A DNA stretch of 64,000 bases from the sequence record PP359570, one strand, 5' to 3'. Shown piece after piece: positions 10,746-19,995 of this stretch. Positions within the stretch are counted from its first letter, which is position 1. Each line of letters begins with the position of its first letter. A program made the position numbers and the translations under genes. Under the pieces are notes generated by a model. It searched no databases and was not told where the DNA came from. It saw only the letters and a list, made by a program, of their open reading frames with translations. The DNA is from Escherichia phage ALITA.

Positions 10746-12905
10746 ATGTATCCTATTCCTTTATTTATGTCAACAACATCAGCTTCAGTAGTAACAGCTA
10801 CATCTATAACTACTTCCTCTATTGGTATTGCAATAGTTGGTGGTAAAAAACAACTGACATACACAGTTACACCCGAAGATGGTGCGTTATTTGATATAGC
10901 TTTTTCATCTTCAGATGATACCAAAATGGTTATAGATAATAGTGGTATGATGGAGTTTGTTGCCGAAGGTGGTTTTGATGCAATAATGACAGCTAAAAAT
11001 AATTTAGGTGCTGTCTTAACTGATCAATCTGGTGGTTATGCTTCAGAATTAAGTGTGTACACTGAAAGTCTATCGGCTATGGATGTAGGCACTACTCAAC
11101 AGTTGGTTGCTACAATCAGTCCAGAAGGTGCTAAAGACCTTCCAGATATGGTAATTACATACACCACAACAGATCCAGAAGTAGCTACTGTAAGCCCTAC
11201 AGGGTTAATAACTGCTCTTAAAGATGGCGGTTGCCGTATAGGTTGTACTGCAACGTATCAAGGAACAGTTGTGGCCTCTGATAGTTCTTATTTAGGTGTT
11301 AATGCTATTCCTGTTATTTCTAATGTAACAGCCGTGGCAAACAGCTATGGAGACGTTCGTGTTGCTTGGGATGTAGCTGATCCGCTAGACGGTGATACTT
11401 ATACTGTAGAAGTATTAGATTTAAGTAATAATAGTGTTCAGTGGACTACAACAACCACGAATACTTACGCCTACTTTGATATCTCTGACTCTATTCCTCT
11501 TTATGGGTTTGCTCCAACATACCTTAAAATTAGCGTTAAGAGCACCAAAGCAGCAGCCGTTATCTTTAATAACTCAATAGCTACAGATGATTCGTTCATT
11601 AAAGAAGTTATTGTCTTTGCTGGACAAGATAACGTAAATGCACACTTTACAGAACTATCTGGTGCAAATAAAGCAGCAATGGGTAGCACAACAGCCCGTA
11701 ATGCATATGCTACGCAACGTGGTTTAGCAAATGCTGAAGTTCTTCCGTTAAATACAGCTTCTGGATCATCAGCAGCAGATAAATATGCTGACGATAAAGC
11801 TGGAACAGGTACACCAGATAACTACTGGTATGATTTGGATAACACAGCAGATGGGCCATGCTTAACTAACTTTATCACTAAAGTCACACCTTATGCAAGT
11901 AAGGTTAAAGCAATTATTTGGGGACAAGGTGAAAATGATGCTGTATCAGCATCTTCGACTGTTGCAGGTAGGTACAGTAACACTACACGTTACCATGATG
12001 CTACGATAGCTATCTTTGATAAGATGCGTACAATAGTTCCTGCTTCTCAAGCAAAAATTGTTTGGCAGATCCTAGGACGTTCTTATTTATATGGTGTAGA
12101 AGTTAATGGTGTGGATTGGCAGAAGTACAGAAATGTACAAAGAACCATCTCTACAGCACGTGATGATGTTATCATTGGTTCTTGGGTAGATGGTGCTGAA
12201 CGTTACAGTGGTTATGTTTATGAAGAAGGTATTGATGGTCGTATCCATTATGTTTCTTCTGTATACCAAACAGCAGCTACAAAACTTGCTAAATCAGCAG
12301 CAGACGGTACAGACTTAACATCAACGTCACCTGTTTGGGTTGATATGGCTGTTCCAACTGGAGCAACAGCTACTTCCCAACCTAATCAAGATACAATTTT
12401 AGCATGGGATGCTCAAGGCTATAGTAAACACTACTTCCGTAATATTAACGTCTTAACCGCATCTGTATTAACTGAACAAACGCTTAATACGAACAGTTAT
12501 ACGTTTACCTATGCAGATCAAGTAGAACAATATGGTTTTGCAGCAGGAACTACTATATTTGATGTTGCATATTATGACGAAGCAAATGATGTGTTATCTC
12601 CTTTAGTACGTTTTAATGTTAACGTTACAGCAGGAACCGTAGAAGATAAACCTGTCGTGATGGACTATGATTTGACGCAAGAAACTCTTCCATCAGATGT
12701 TAAGGTTAATGGTGGGAACTCTTTTGCTCGTGCTTCTGGAGATATACTTGTAGCCACTAACACCTTGGTTGCTCCGTTGGAGTATGTTGGTAATACCCCT
12801 GTAGGTAGACGTGTAACAGCTAACACAGCTTCACAAATTTTTGTCAACAACGCCTTAACAAGTGCAAGCCCGTGGGTAAAGACCAACTTAACTGTTGCAG
12901 CTTAA
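10746..12905 (+). CDS. Tail fibre/receptor-binding protein with Ig-like (Big_2-type) domains and SGNH/sialate-O-acetylesterase-like domain
   Basis: 719 aa; SD AAGGAG; Ig-like repeats near N-terminus; esterase-like blocks FAGQDNVNAHF and WGQGENDA. Confidence 0.7.
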   Translation: MYPIPLFMSTTSASVVTATSITTSSIGIAIVGGKKQLTYTVTPEDGALFDIAFSSSDDTKMVIDNSGMMEFVAEGGFDAIMTAKNNLGAVLTDQSGGYASELSVYTESLSAMDVGTTQQLVATISPEGAKDLPDMVITYTTTDPEVATVSPTGLITALKDGGCRIGCTATYQGTVVASDSSYLGVNAIPVISNVTAVANSYGDVRVAWDVADPLDGDTYTVEVLDLSNNSVQWTTTTTNTYAYFDISDSIPLYGFAPTYLKISVKSTKAAAVIFNNSIATDDSFIKEVIVFAGQDNVNAHFTELSGANKAAMGSTTARNAYATQRGLANAEVLPLNTASGSSAADKYADDKAGTGTPDNYWYDLDNTADGPCLTNFITKVTPYASKVKAIIWGQGENDAVSASSTVAGRYSNTTRYHDATIAIFDKMRTIVPASQAKIVWQILGRSYLYGVEVNGVDWQKYRNVQRTISTARDDVIIGSWVDGAERYSGYVYEEGIDGRIHYVSSVYQTAATKLAKSAADGTDLTSTSPVWVDMAVPTGATATSQPNQDTILAWDAQGYSKHYFRNINVLTASVLTEQTLNTNSYTFTYADQVEQYGFAAGTTIFDVAYYDEANDVLSPLVRFNVNVTAGTVEDKPVVMDYDLTQETLPSDVKVNGGNSFARASGDILVATNTLVAPLEYVGNTPVGRRVTANTASQIFVNNALTSASPWVKTNLTVAA

Positions 12906-13565
12906 TCTGATAAATCTCCGGCTGGAACTACTGCCAATGTATTCAAATTAACTCCGACTACAACCTCTGGTAGTCATATCTTAACTGCAACATATACTAA
13001 CGCGTACAACATATCTGCCGGACGTAACTGGTCTGCCTCTGTTTTCTTGAAAGCGAACGGGATCACTAAGGCCAAACTAAGATTAAAAGCAGGAACTGAA
13101 GTTAATGAGGGTACTTTTGATTTAGCAGCAGGTACATTCACAGGAAGTGAAGCTAATATTATATCTATGGGCAACGGTTGGTATCGTGCTATTCTGCATA
13201 AAACAGGGATAGCCAAACAGTCCTCCATAAGTTTTGAAATAATTGCCTTGGATGCAACTGGTGCGGAGATTTTCGCTGGAGATGGTACTAGTAACCTTGC
13301 AGTTTGGTTGCCACAGCTTGAAGGTGCTTCTACAGGAGAAACATCAAAAGCTGGATCGCCTTATGTCTGCACATATCCTGGAAATTTAGGAGGAGTATCC
13401 TTCACTATACCAAGGAACGGACATACTGGTGTGGATGTTTACTATTCCAACGGAGACGTTGTTCGTGACGTATTCTCTGGTACGGCATCTACTTGGACAA
13501 TAAACTACTCCAGCTTGTACGATTGGGGATCAGTCTTTATTACAGGTTTGAAATATTACGACTAA
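12906..13565 (+). CDS. In-frame continuation of the preceding fibre gene after a single TAA (putative C-terminal distal domain; readthrough, pseudogene or error)
   Basis: Same reading frame as 10746-12905, no ATG or SD for 140 nt after the stop; ORF track start at 13047 is TTG. Confidence 0.4.
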   Translation, partial: SDKSPAGTTANVFKLTPTTTSGSHILTATYTNAYNISAGRNWSASVFLKANGITKAKLRLKAGTEVNEGTFDLAAGTFTGSEANIISMGNGWYRAILHKTGIAKQSSISFEIIALDATGAEIFAGDGTSNLAVWLPQLEGASTGETSKAGSPYVCTYPGNLGGVSFTIPRNGHTGVDVYYSNGDVVRDVFSGTASTWTINYSSLYDWGSVFITGLKYYD

Positions 13566-13598
13566 TAAAAAAGGAGCCATTAGGCTCCTTTTCTTTTA
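13566..13598. terminator. Bidirectional intrinsic terminator between convergent operons
   Basis: AAAAAAGGAGCC-ATTA-GGCTCCTTTTCTTTT hairpin flanked by A/T tracts. Confidence 0.7.
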
Positions 13599-13600
13599 TC

Positions 13601-14032
13601 TTAGTCAGTGAAAATTACGCTTACATCTTCTTTAGAAAAGAGTTTATGATCTTCACCTTTTGTCTCAAGAGTTTCATACAGATTAAGAAGTTCTGAAACA
13701 TCTTTCTCTACCAGTTTCTTCAATGTTGCAATTTTCTGTTTGCGACTCTTAATACGTTCAGCTACAACCTTACGCTGGTATCCGGCAGTACGATAACCTG
13801 AGAAAGTTACACCAGTAAGGCTTGCAGTCACAGGATCGTAGTGACGTTCAATCTGAAACTTATTAAAAGGTACAGCGTCATCACGAATAATCTTACCGCC
13901 ATTACTTACCTGACGAAGACCAGTAACTTGCTCCAGTCGTGCCATAGAAATCTTTGGAGACAGACCAGAGTCCAGGTTCATACCATTGTTAATCAGTGCT
14001 TTCAGGGTGATTTTGCTGTTCAGTGTACTCAT
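13601..14032 (-). CDS. Hypothetical protein co-transcribed with methyltransferase
   Basis: 143 aa; SD GGAGG 9 nt upstream; start overlaps end of MTase gene. Confidence 0.55.
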   Translation of the reverse strand: MSTLNSKITLKALINNGMNLDSGLSPKISMARLEQVTGLRQVSNGGKIIRDDAVPFNKFQIERHYDPVTASLTGVTFSGYRTAGYQRKVVAERIKSRKQKIATLKKLVEKDVSELLNLYETLETKGEDHKLFSKEDVSVIFTD

Positions 14033-14720
14033 TTAGTCGTTCCTCCGCTTGCTTAAAAATATTTACATCGGCTTCACAGCCTAAGTATTCTCTACCTGTT
14101 AAAAGTGCCGCAACTTGTGTTGTTGCACTTCCAGAGAAGAAGTCTAAGACTACATCTCCTTCGTTGGTGTGTATATTAATAAGGTCACAAAACAAAGTCA
14201 AGTGTTTTTGTGTTGGATGAAAACGATCTGCTCCTTGATAGATAGGATACTCAAACACACCCTTATGGTAGGAAGCATTGAAGGTTGGCTTCGAACCTTT
14301 AACACAAACAATAGCCATCTCTTTAGCGTTACTAAGGTAGTTAACACCACTGTTGATGGGTACAGGGTTTGTTTTAATCCATTCGATAGTACGGAACATA
14401 CGAAAACCAAGCGGTTCAAGGATTTCACGTAGCTCCTGGATCTTCCAGATATCATACCAAACTATGCAAGTACCACCTTTTCTAAGCACCCTGTAGGCTT
14501 CTTTGAATACTTCTTTAAAGTAAGGAATATCTACAACATCCCAATCACCGAAGTTGTAAGATACACGGAATCTATCCGTATCTTTTCCAGTCGGCTCTCC
14601 AGATTGAAAATTTGTGTCACGAGAAATAGCATATGGTGGGTCAGTAAGAATCAAATCTACACTATTGCTTTCGAGGGTTTGCAGGTAGTTTAATGCGGTG
14701 TTGTTTACAAATTCGCTCAT
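13989..14720 (-). CDS. DNA methyltransferase, beta-class amino-MTase (N6-adenine or N4-cytosine)
   Basis: 243 aa; DPPY catalytic motif near N-terminus and SAM-binding FFSGSATT near C-terminus (beta-class order); strong SD AAGGAGAT. Confidence 0.85.
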   Translation of the reverse strand: MSEFVNNTALNYLQTLESNSVDLILTDPPYAISRDTNFQSGEPTGKDTDRFRVSYNFGDWDVVDIPYFKEVFKEAYRVLRKGGTCIVWYDIWKIQELREILEPLGFRMFRTIEWIKTNPVPINSGVNYLSNAKEMAIVCVKGSKPTFNASYHKGVFEYPIYQGADRFHPTQKHLTLFCDLINIHTNEGDVVLDFFSGSATTQVAALLTGREYLGCEADVNIFKQAEERLNEYTEQQNHPESTD

Positions 14721-14736
14721 TATATCTCCTTCAAAG

Positions 14737-14758
14737 AAAAGGAGCCGTTAGGCTCCTT
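14737..14758 (-). terminator. Hairpin terminator, near-identical copy of the 13566 hairpin
   Basis: AAAAGGAGCC-GTTA-GGCTCCTT followed on minus strand by TTTTCTTTG. Confidence 0.6.
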
Positions 14759-14780
14759 ATATTCACACAATATTTAACTA

Positions 14781-15728
14781 TTAGAAACAGTGCAGGAAGT
14801 TTCGACCATACTGCAAACCAATAGGAGCAAATGGGATATCATCATCGAAATCTTGAACAACAGGTTCTGGTTCTTTCGGTGCTGGCTCTTTCTTCTCTAC
14901 TTTTTTAGTTTCTTTCTTAACTTCTTGTACCGGGGTAGACATTCCACGGATAGCAGCAGCTACTTTATCAGACAAAGCAAGAACTTCACGAGCAGCTTCA
15001 ATAATCTCTTCTGCCGTTACAGTTTTACCTGTATGATCACGACAAGCGTTAAGAATTGCGTGTCCAACTGAAGCACCAAGATCATAGTCAGTTACATCAA
15101 CGCCACGATCTTTAGCAATTTCTGCTTTCAGAGTAACAGTTGCAGATTGTACCACACCAGCCAAGTCGAAAGCATCACCTTTCACACCAGCACGTAGAAG
15201 CTCCAGAGCGCCGTTTACAGCGTGTCCTGTTTCAATCCCTACGGTATCACGTTTTTTGTAGTTAGGCTTGCTACCTTCGTTATTAGATGGCTTATTTCCA
15301 CCTTTTGAAGAAGATTGTGCTTGCTGAACACCTTCTGTTGAAAGAATAGTGATTTTACCTTTAGAGGAATTGTAGTATGTTTTGCCATTCCATTCAGAAG
15401 GTTTAACATCCATAGTTAGTTCTACACCTTTTTCGATAGTAACCCACTTATCACCATCTTTAACTTGCAGGTTTTCATGTTCTGGGTGCAGTTTAACTTC
15501 ACCTAGGCTAACCCAAACACCTTTATCATCAGCACCAGCACCTTTCTCTTTAATAAGCAGGGATGCTTTGTGAGTTGATTCAATTTTCTTATCTGGCTGA
15601 CCTGCAACCTTAATATAAGAAACTTTCATTTCATCAAACTTATCTAGTTTGACATATTCAACGATACCTTCAGCCCAGAATGCTTCTTTTTTAGTACGAC
15701 GGTCGATTTCAGAATTAATTACTGGCAT
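14781..15728 (-). CDS. Single-stranded DNA-binding protein-like
   Basis: 315 aa; acidic DFDDDIPF motif (as at bacterial SSB C-terminal tip) 15 residues from the end; G/S/N-rich linker; position beside replisome genes. Confidence 0.55.
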   Translation of the reverse strand: MPVINSEIDRRTKKEAFWAEGIVEYVKLDKFDEMKVSYIKVAGQPDKKIESTHKASLLIKEKGAGADDKGVWVSLGEVKLHPEHENLQVKDGDKWVTIEKGVELTMDVKPSEWNGKTYYNSSKGKITILSTEGVQQAQSSSKGGNKPSNNEGSKPNYKKRDTVGIETGHAVNGALELLRAGVKGDAFDLAGVVQSATVTLKAEIAKDRGVDVTDYDLGASVGHAILNACRDHTGKTVTAEEIIEAAREVLALSDKVAAAIRGMSTPVQEVKKETKKVEKKEPAPKEPEPVVQDFDDDIPFAPIGLQYGRNFLHCF

Positions 15729-15744
15729 AAATTCTCCTCTATAA

Positions 15745-16143
15745 TTACATTACTTTAACACAAAACTCTCGTAAAAGAGTAGCGTCAGTTTCTTCCAACA
15801 GGTATTTACCAAGACCAATACCAAATCCTATTTCACCACTTTCGAAATGGAGGATTTGTATCTTTTCTCCACCAAGGTTAATTACTTTTGCTTTTCCAGG
15901 ATTATCCAAAACATCTCGTATTGTATCCTGTAGTAGCATTAGTTCACGTTTTGTGATAGTGGTTTCAGATATCTCTTTGTTTTCTACTCTCACTGTTAAA
16001 CGGTTGTATCCACCAAAGAGACATAGTATTTGAATAAAAAAGGTATTATCTTGAGGTTCAACATCTTTTTTAGTTAGTTCAAGACGATTAGTTTCTCTAC
16101 TATAGAACGTCTCGACTAAGATTTTAGAACGATTATCTGTCAT
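15745..16143 (-). CDS. Hypothetical protein
   Basis: 132-aa ORF in replication block. Confidence 0.45.
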   Translation of the reverse strand: MTDNRSKILVETFYSRETNRLELTKKDVEPQDNTFFIQILCLFGGYNRLTVRVENKEISETTITKRELMLLQDTIRDVLDNPGKAKVINLGGEKIQILHFESGEIGFGIGLGKYLLEETDATLLREFCVKVM

Positions 16144-16186
16144 TCAAGTCCTCATAATAACACATAATTATAATGTTTGTCAACAC

Positions 16187-16780
16187 TTAAATTTTAAATT
16201 CTTCACTGTTAAATGAATCCAGTGTACGTACTTCTGGTTCTTTGGGAATGAAAACATCTTTTACAAAGCGGAACATAGGGAAACGTTCTGCCATTTTACG
16301 GACGTGTGCTTCTTTACCTGTGTATCGGTGATTAATAGTACAAATATTAGTTTTCAGTGCAAATTCAAAATCTGGATGATATACATAATTTTGACCGTCC
16401 CAGTAACACAGGCAAATAGCTACATCAAAGTTCCATACGATTTCACTGCGTACACCTTCTTCCATGATCATAAAGTTAAACTTAAGATCTTTATAGTATG
16501 CTTCAAATACCCATTTCAAATGTGGTAGTTCGGCATAAGTGTGTTCTGTTTGCTTAGTAAGTTGTTTAACATTACGTGCACCAACACCCAACATCAAAAA
16601 TTTCTCTACTAATACGAGTGTATTGTGGTTAGGCATACGCAAGTAAATGTCAATATCTTGCGCAGGTTTCTCTAATCGCCAGTCACGTACAGCGCCGCCA
16701 GCTACAATTGCAAACGGATCTACCAGTTGGCACATACGTAATACTTCTAAAGCTCGTACTTTTTGATCTTCAATATTCAT
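16187..16780 (-). CDS. Nucleotidyltransferase (pol-beta-like head domain; CCA-adding/poly(A)-polymerase family-like)
   Basis: 197 aa; motif FAIVAGGAVRDWRLEKPAQDIDIY resembling GGAVRD...DxD of tRNA nucleotidyltransferases. Confidence 0.55.
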   Translation of the reverse strand: MNIEDQKVRALEVLRMCQLVDPFAIVAGGAVRDWRLEKPAQDIDIYLRMPNHNTLVLVEKFLMLGVGARNVKQLTKQTEHTYAELPHLKWVFEAYYKDLKFNFMIMEEGVRSEIVWNFDVAICLCYWDGQNYVYHPDFEFALKTNICTINHRYTGKEAHVRKMAERFPMFRFVKDVFIPKEPEVRTLDSFNSEEFKI

Positions 16781-16815
16781 ATTTTCTCCTATCTCTTATG
16801 GTCTTTGCGTTATTC

Positions 16816-16833
16816 TAGATGTTCAAACATCTA
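16816..16833. promoter_or_regulatory. Perfect 8-bp-arm palindrome (candidate operator) upstream of nucleotidyltransferase gene
   Basis: TAGATGTT-CA-AACATCTA. Confidence 0.3.
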
Positions 16834-16919
16834 ATTATGAAATAGTTTAAAAGTGCGGAACAACCTTGGCAATCACAGATTGTTCCACATAAAAACTCCT
16901 TATAAAACAATATGTTAGA

Positions 16920-19499
16920 CTAATGACAAGACGCCCATGAGTTACCAACATCGTAACCAGCAGTGAGAGGTACATTAAGATTGTAATACTCACCAGCTTT
17001 ATTAACAGCGATAGATGCTAATTCTCCAGCACGACTGTAGGCTGTAAACCAACCACCTTTCGGAGATTCATGTACGTTAGCCCAAATCTTGCCAGTACGT
17101 TTCTCTTCCTCTTCTTTCCAGGCATTAACCTTATCCAAACATTCTTTATCAATTTTCTTTTGTTCTTCTGGATCATCAACTTGAGTCCAACCTAAAGATT
17201 CTTTAGAGAACCATTTAAAATGCACCAGATCACGAGTTACTTCAAGCTGTGCTTCATCGTGATATGCAATCATTTGTTGAACGAATGACTTATTTTTCCA
17301 GTCATCAACAAAAAAGTCAACAGCTAATCCTTCTTCTTCGATAAGATCGTCGTAGATAACCATTGCTCTTTTTGCACAAATAACACCACCACTCTGGAAC
17401 AGAGAGTTAAGTATTGCGTGTGCAGATCGTGTAGGTACTTTCCTACCATCAATACCAAGAATGTATTTCTTACCTGTTTTAACCCAAAAATCATGCAGAC
17501 GTTCTTTAAGAAGCGCAAGAGGTTTTGCAGCTTCCCAGAAAGCATCGTATACAAGCTGTCCTGTATACATATCACTACCTATAGTTTTTGCTACTTTTGC
17601 AGCTTGAGCACCATAAGTAATACCATACTTAACAGATTTAGCAGGGCTTCGTTCAAACTTACGACCAATAGTGTCAGAAATACGTCGAGCCATCATTGTA
17701 TGAACATCATTAGGTTTTTCCAATAATAGAGCATTACAATATTCGTGTGGTTCCTGCTCGTACCGCCAACAGTAGTGTGATTCTATTTTTGCCTCAAGAG
17801 AATCAAAGTCATAACCAATTTGGAAGTATTTTGGAACTTCTACACCAAATAAGTTACGCATTTCATATCCGTACAGAGATGTTACACGTGGGATATTTGC
17901 TACTAACCTATGTTTCATACGAGACGTAGCTGCATCACACGTTGCAGCAGGAGTTGGTATACGACCATCAGCCCTTACTGCTGCCAGATAACCTTTATCG
18001 TAATCCTCTTCATCTTCTTCCCAATCAGCACCACCCCCTAGAATAGAGTTCCTACGGTGTTTATACGTAAGATACTGCACAATCTGCGTAGCATAAGGAA
18101 ACTTTTCACCTAGTGCTTCCAAGTTAGGACAAATATCTTTCTCTTGCCCTTTTGTAAAGGAAGGGTTAGTAAGCACTTTAACACCACGACCTTTAGCTTT
18201 AGCAATACGATCTCTTAGTTTCCATTCCAAAGTTTCTGGTGTGCACTCCAGATGATCACATCTGTCCTGGCAGAAGTTAGATGCTAACGTTTGATCAACA
18301 TAGTCACGAATAGCTTTCTCCATCTGTGCTTCATCTTTCTTAATCTTAGTGCCAGATTTAAGAGTGATATCTTTATCTTTATATTCAGATGGACTCCAAC
18401 CTAAACCAACTAACCAATTTTTAATATGTGTAGTGTCGTCTAAAGTAGCAGGTACTGTAGGATCACAAATAGGTTCTTCTGCTGGAATAGGCAGTTTAAA
18501 CTCTTTACCTAATGCAAATAACCACCAACCATCTTCTTTTTGTACAAGTTCACCAGAATGTTTCTCTGCAAACTTTATCATGTTACTTGAAGGTTCACCA
18601 TTCTTTTTAAACTGTAGTTTAGGTGGAATGAATGATTTCAAATAACCTTTAGTAGCAGGTTTAGGAGGTAGCACAGGTTCTGCCTCTAAACGACATGCTT
18701 CCATTCGAGCATCCAGATCACGAATATTATCTTCTGCTTGCTTCATATTGAAAGCAAAGCCACGGTGCTCTTGACGTGTAATAATATCAGCTACACGTTG
18801 TTCTAAGTTAAATGGTTCAGACCACTTATTATAATCACCCCACTCTTCCATCAAATAACGGAACACTGCGGTGTTAGCTTTGTTATCGTAAATACAGTAA
18901 TACAGCATATCTGCTGCAAATGTTTTAAATCTTTCAGTTTCAGGGATGTTTTTTCTAAAATCAATTTTAACATCCCCTCCAGCTTTCTTAGATAACTCTG
19001 CCAGACTATGACCACCGAAGCGATCAGGGTTTAGTGTCTTACTTAAGATCATAGTATCACAAATTTCAATGTTACTATTACCCCAAGTATTGTACTTAAT
19101 ACTGTAGTTGAGTTTAAAAAATAATTTAATTGCCAGTAAGTCAAAGTTAATGATGTTATGTCCAACTACTTTGGTAATTTTATAGTTTGAATTACCTTTA
19201 AATTTACCTGTTCCATTTACAAAATCAGGAAAATCTTTAAGAGGGAAATGGGTATATTCTAAATGCTCATATTCCTCCAGTCGGTATTCATACTTTCCGT
19301 CAGTCTCAATATACGGACGACCATCGAAAAGATATTTATCACCATCATGGAAAGCAATAATCTCTCCAGTATCATGACTTTCGCACACAATACAGTGCAT
19401 TGCAAAACTATCTTTTAAACGATATGGACTTGCCAAGTAATCTACACTTTCGTCATTAAGCAAGTTGTTACTTTCAATGTCGAAAGTAAAAGCTCCCAT
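16920..19499 (-). CDS. DNA polymerase, family A (T7 gp5-like)
   Basis: 859 aa; motif A GYDFDSLEAKI, motif B RSPAKSVKYGITYG, motif C YHDEAQ; C-terminus ...NSWASCH like T7 ...NWAICH; SD AAGGAGG. Confidence 0.95.
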   Translation of the reverse strand: MGAFTFDIESNNLLNDESVDYLASPYRLKDSFAMHCIVCESHDTGEIIAFHDGDKYLFDGRPYIETDGKYEYRLEEYEHLEYTHFPLKDFPDFVNGTGKFKGNSNYKITKVVGHNIINFDLLAIKLFFKLNYSIKYNTWGNSNIEICDTMILSKTLNPDRFGGHSLAELSKKAGGDVKIDFRKNIPETERFKTFAADMLYYCIYDNKANTAVFRYLMEEWGDYNKWSEPFNLEQRVADIITRQEHRGFAFNMKQAEDNIRDLDARMEACRLEAEPVLPPKPATKGYLKSFIPPKLQFKKNGEPSSNMIKFAEKHSGELVQKEDGWWLFALGKEFKLPIPAEEPICDPTVPATLDDTTHIKNWLVGLGWSPSEYKDKDITLKSGTKIKKDEAQMEKAIRDYVDQTLASNFCQDRCDHLECTPETLEWKLRDRIAKAKGRGVKVLTNPSFTKGQEKDICPNLEALGEKFPYATQIVQYLTYKHRRNSILGGGADWEEDEEDYDKGYLAAVRADGRIPTPAATCDAATSRMKHRLVANIPRVTSLYGYEMRNLFGVEVPKYFQIGYDFDSLEAKIESHYCWRYEQEPHEYCNALLLEKPNDVHTMMARRISDTIGRKFERSPAKSVKYGITYGAQAAKVAKTIGSDMYTGQLVYDAFWEAAKPLALLKERLHDFWVKTGKKYILGIDGRKVPTRSAHAILNSLFQSGGVICAKRAMVIYDDLIEEEGLAVDFFVDDWKNKSFVQQMIAYHDEAQLEVTRDLVHFKWFSKESLGWTQVDDPEEQKKIDKECLDKVNAWKEEEEKRTGKIWANVHESPKGGWFTAYSRAGELASIAVNKAGEYYNLNVPLTAGYDVGNSWASCH

Positions 19500-19567
19500 T
19501 CTCCCTCCTTAAAATATTTCTAAAGTCTTAATTTGTTAATACTGTACCACAAATTAATTGTTTTGTA

Positions 19568-19589
19568 AAGGGGCTTTCGCCCCTTCTTG
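19568..19589 (-). terminator. Hairpin between small gene and DNA polymerase gene (attenuator or processing site)
   Basis: AGGGGC-TTTC-GCCCCT stem-loop; weak U-tract. Confidence 0.4.
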
Positions 19590-19986
19590 TTATTTATTGT
19601 CAGCACTTAGTTGTACTTTAATAAGGCAATTAGGGACACCATTGGTATTTCTCAAGCCTACACGTTCAATTTTAACAGTGCCTGTCAAACCATTAAAAGT
19701 GGAAACAATGTTATTAATGTTTTCATCCTTACTAGTGATATCAAGAATAACTTTATCACTGACATTTTTCAACATACGATCTACAAGCTCTCCCACAAAA
19801 CCACTGGTAGTTTGAATGAGAAGGTATAGACAACCATCCTCAAACCACAAATGTTCACCATAAGCATAACCGTATGGTTCTAATTCTGATCCGTCTTGAA
19901 ATTTAAACTTAGCAATAGTTTTCGTATAATCATACGCTAAAGCAGAAGGGCATACCCCATAGAGGATGTTTTCGTTGTCTTTCATA
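19590..19986 (-). CDS. Hypothetical protein
   Basis: Start reassigned to internal ATG with SD GGAGAAA (MKDNENIL...); 132 aa. Confidence 0.45.
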
Positions 19987-19995
19987 TTTTTCTCC

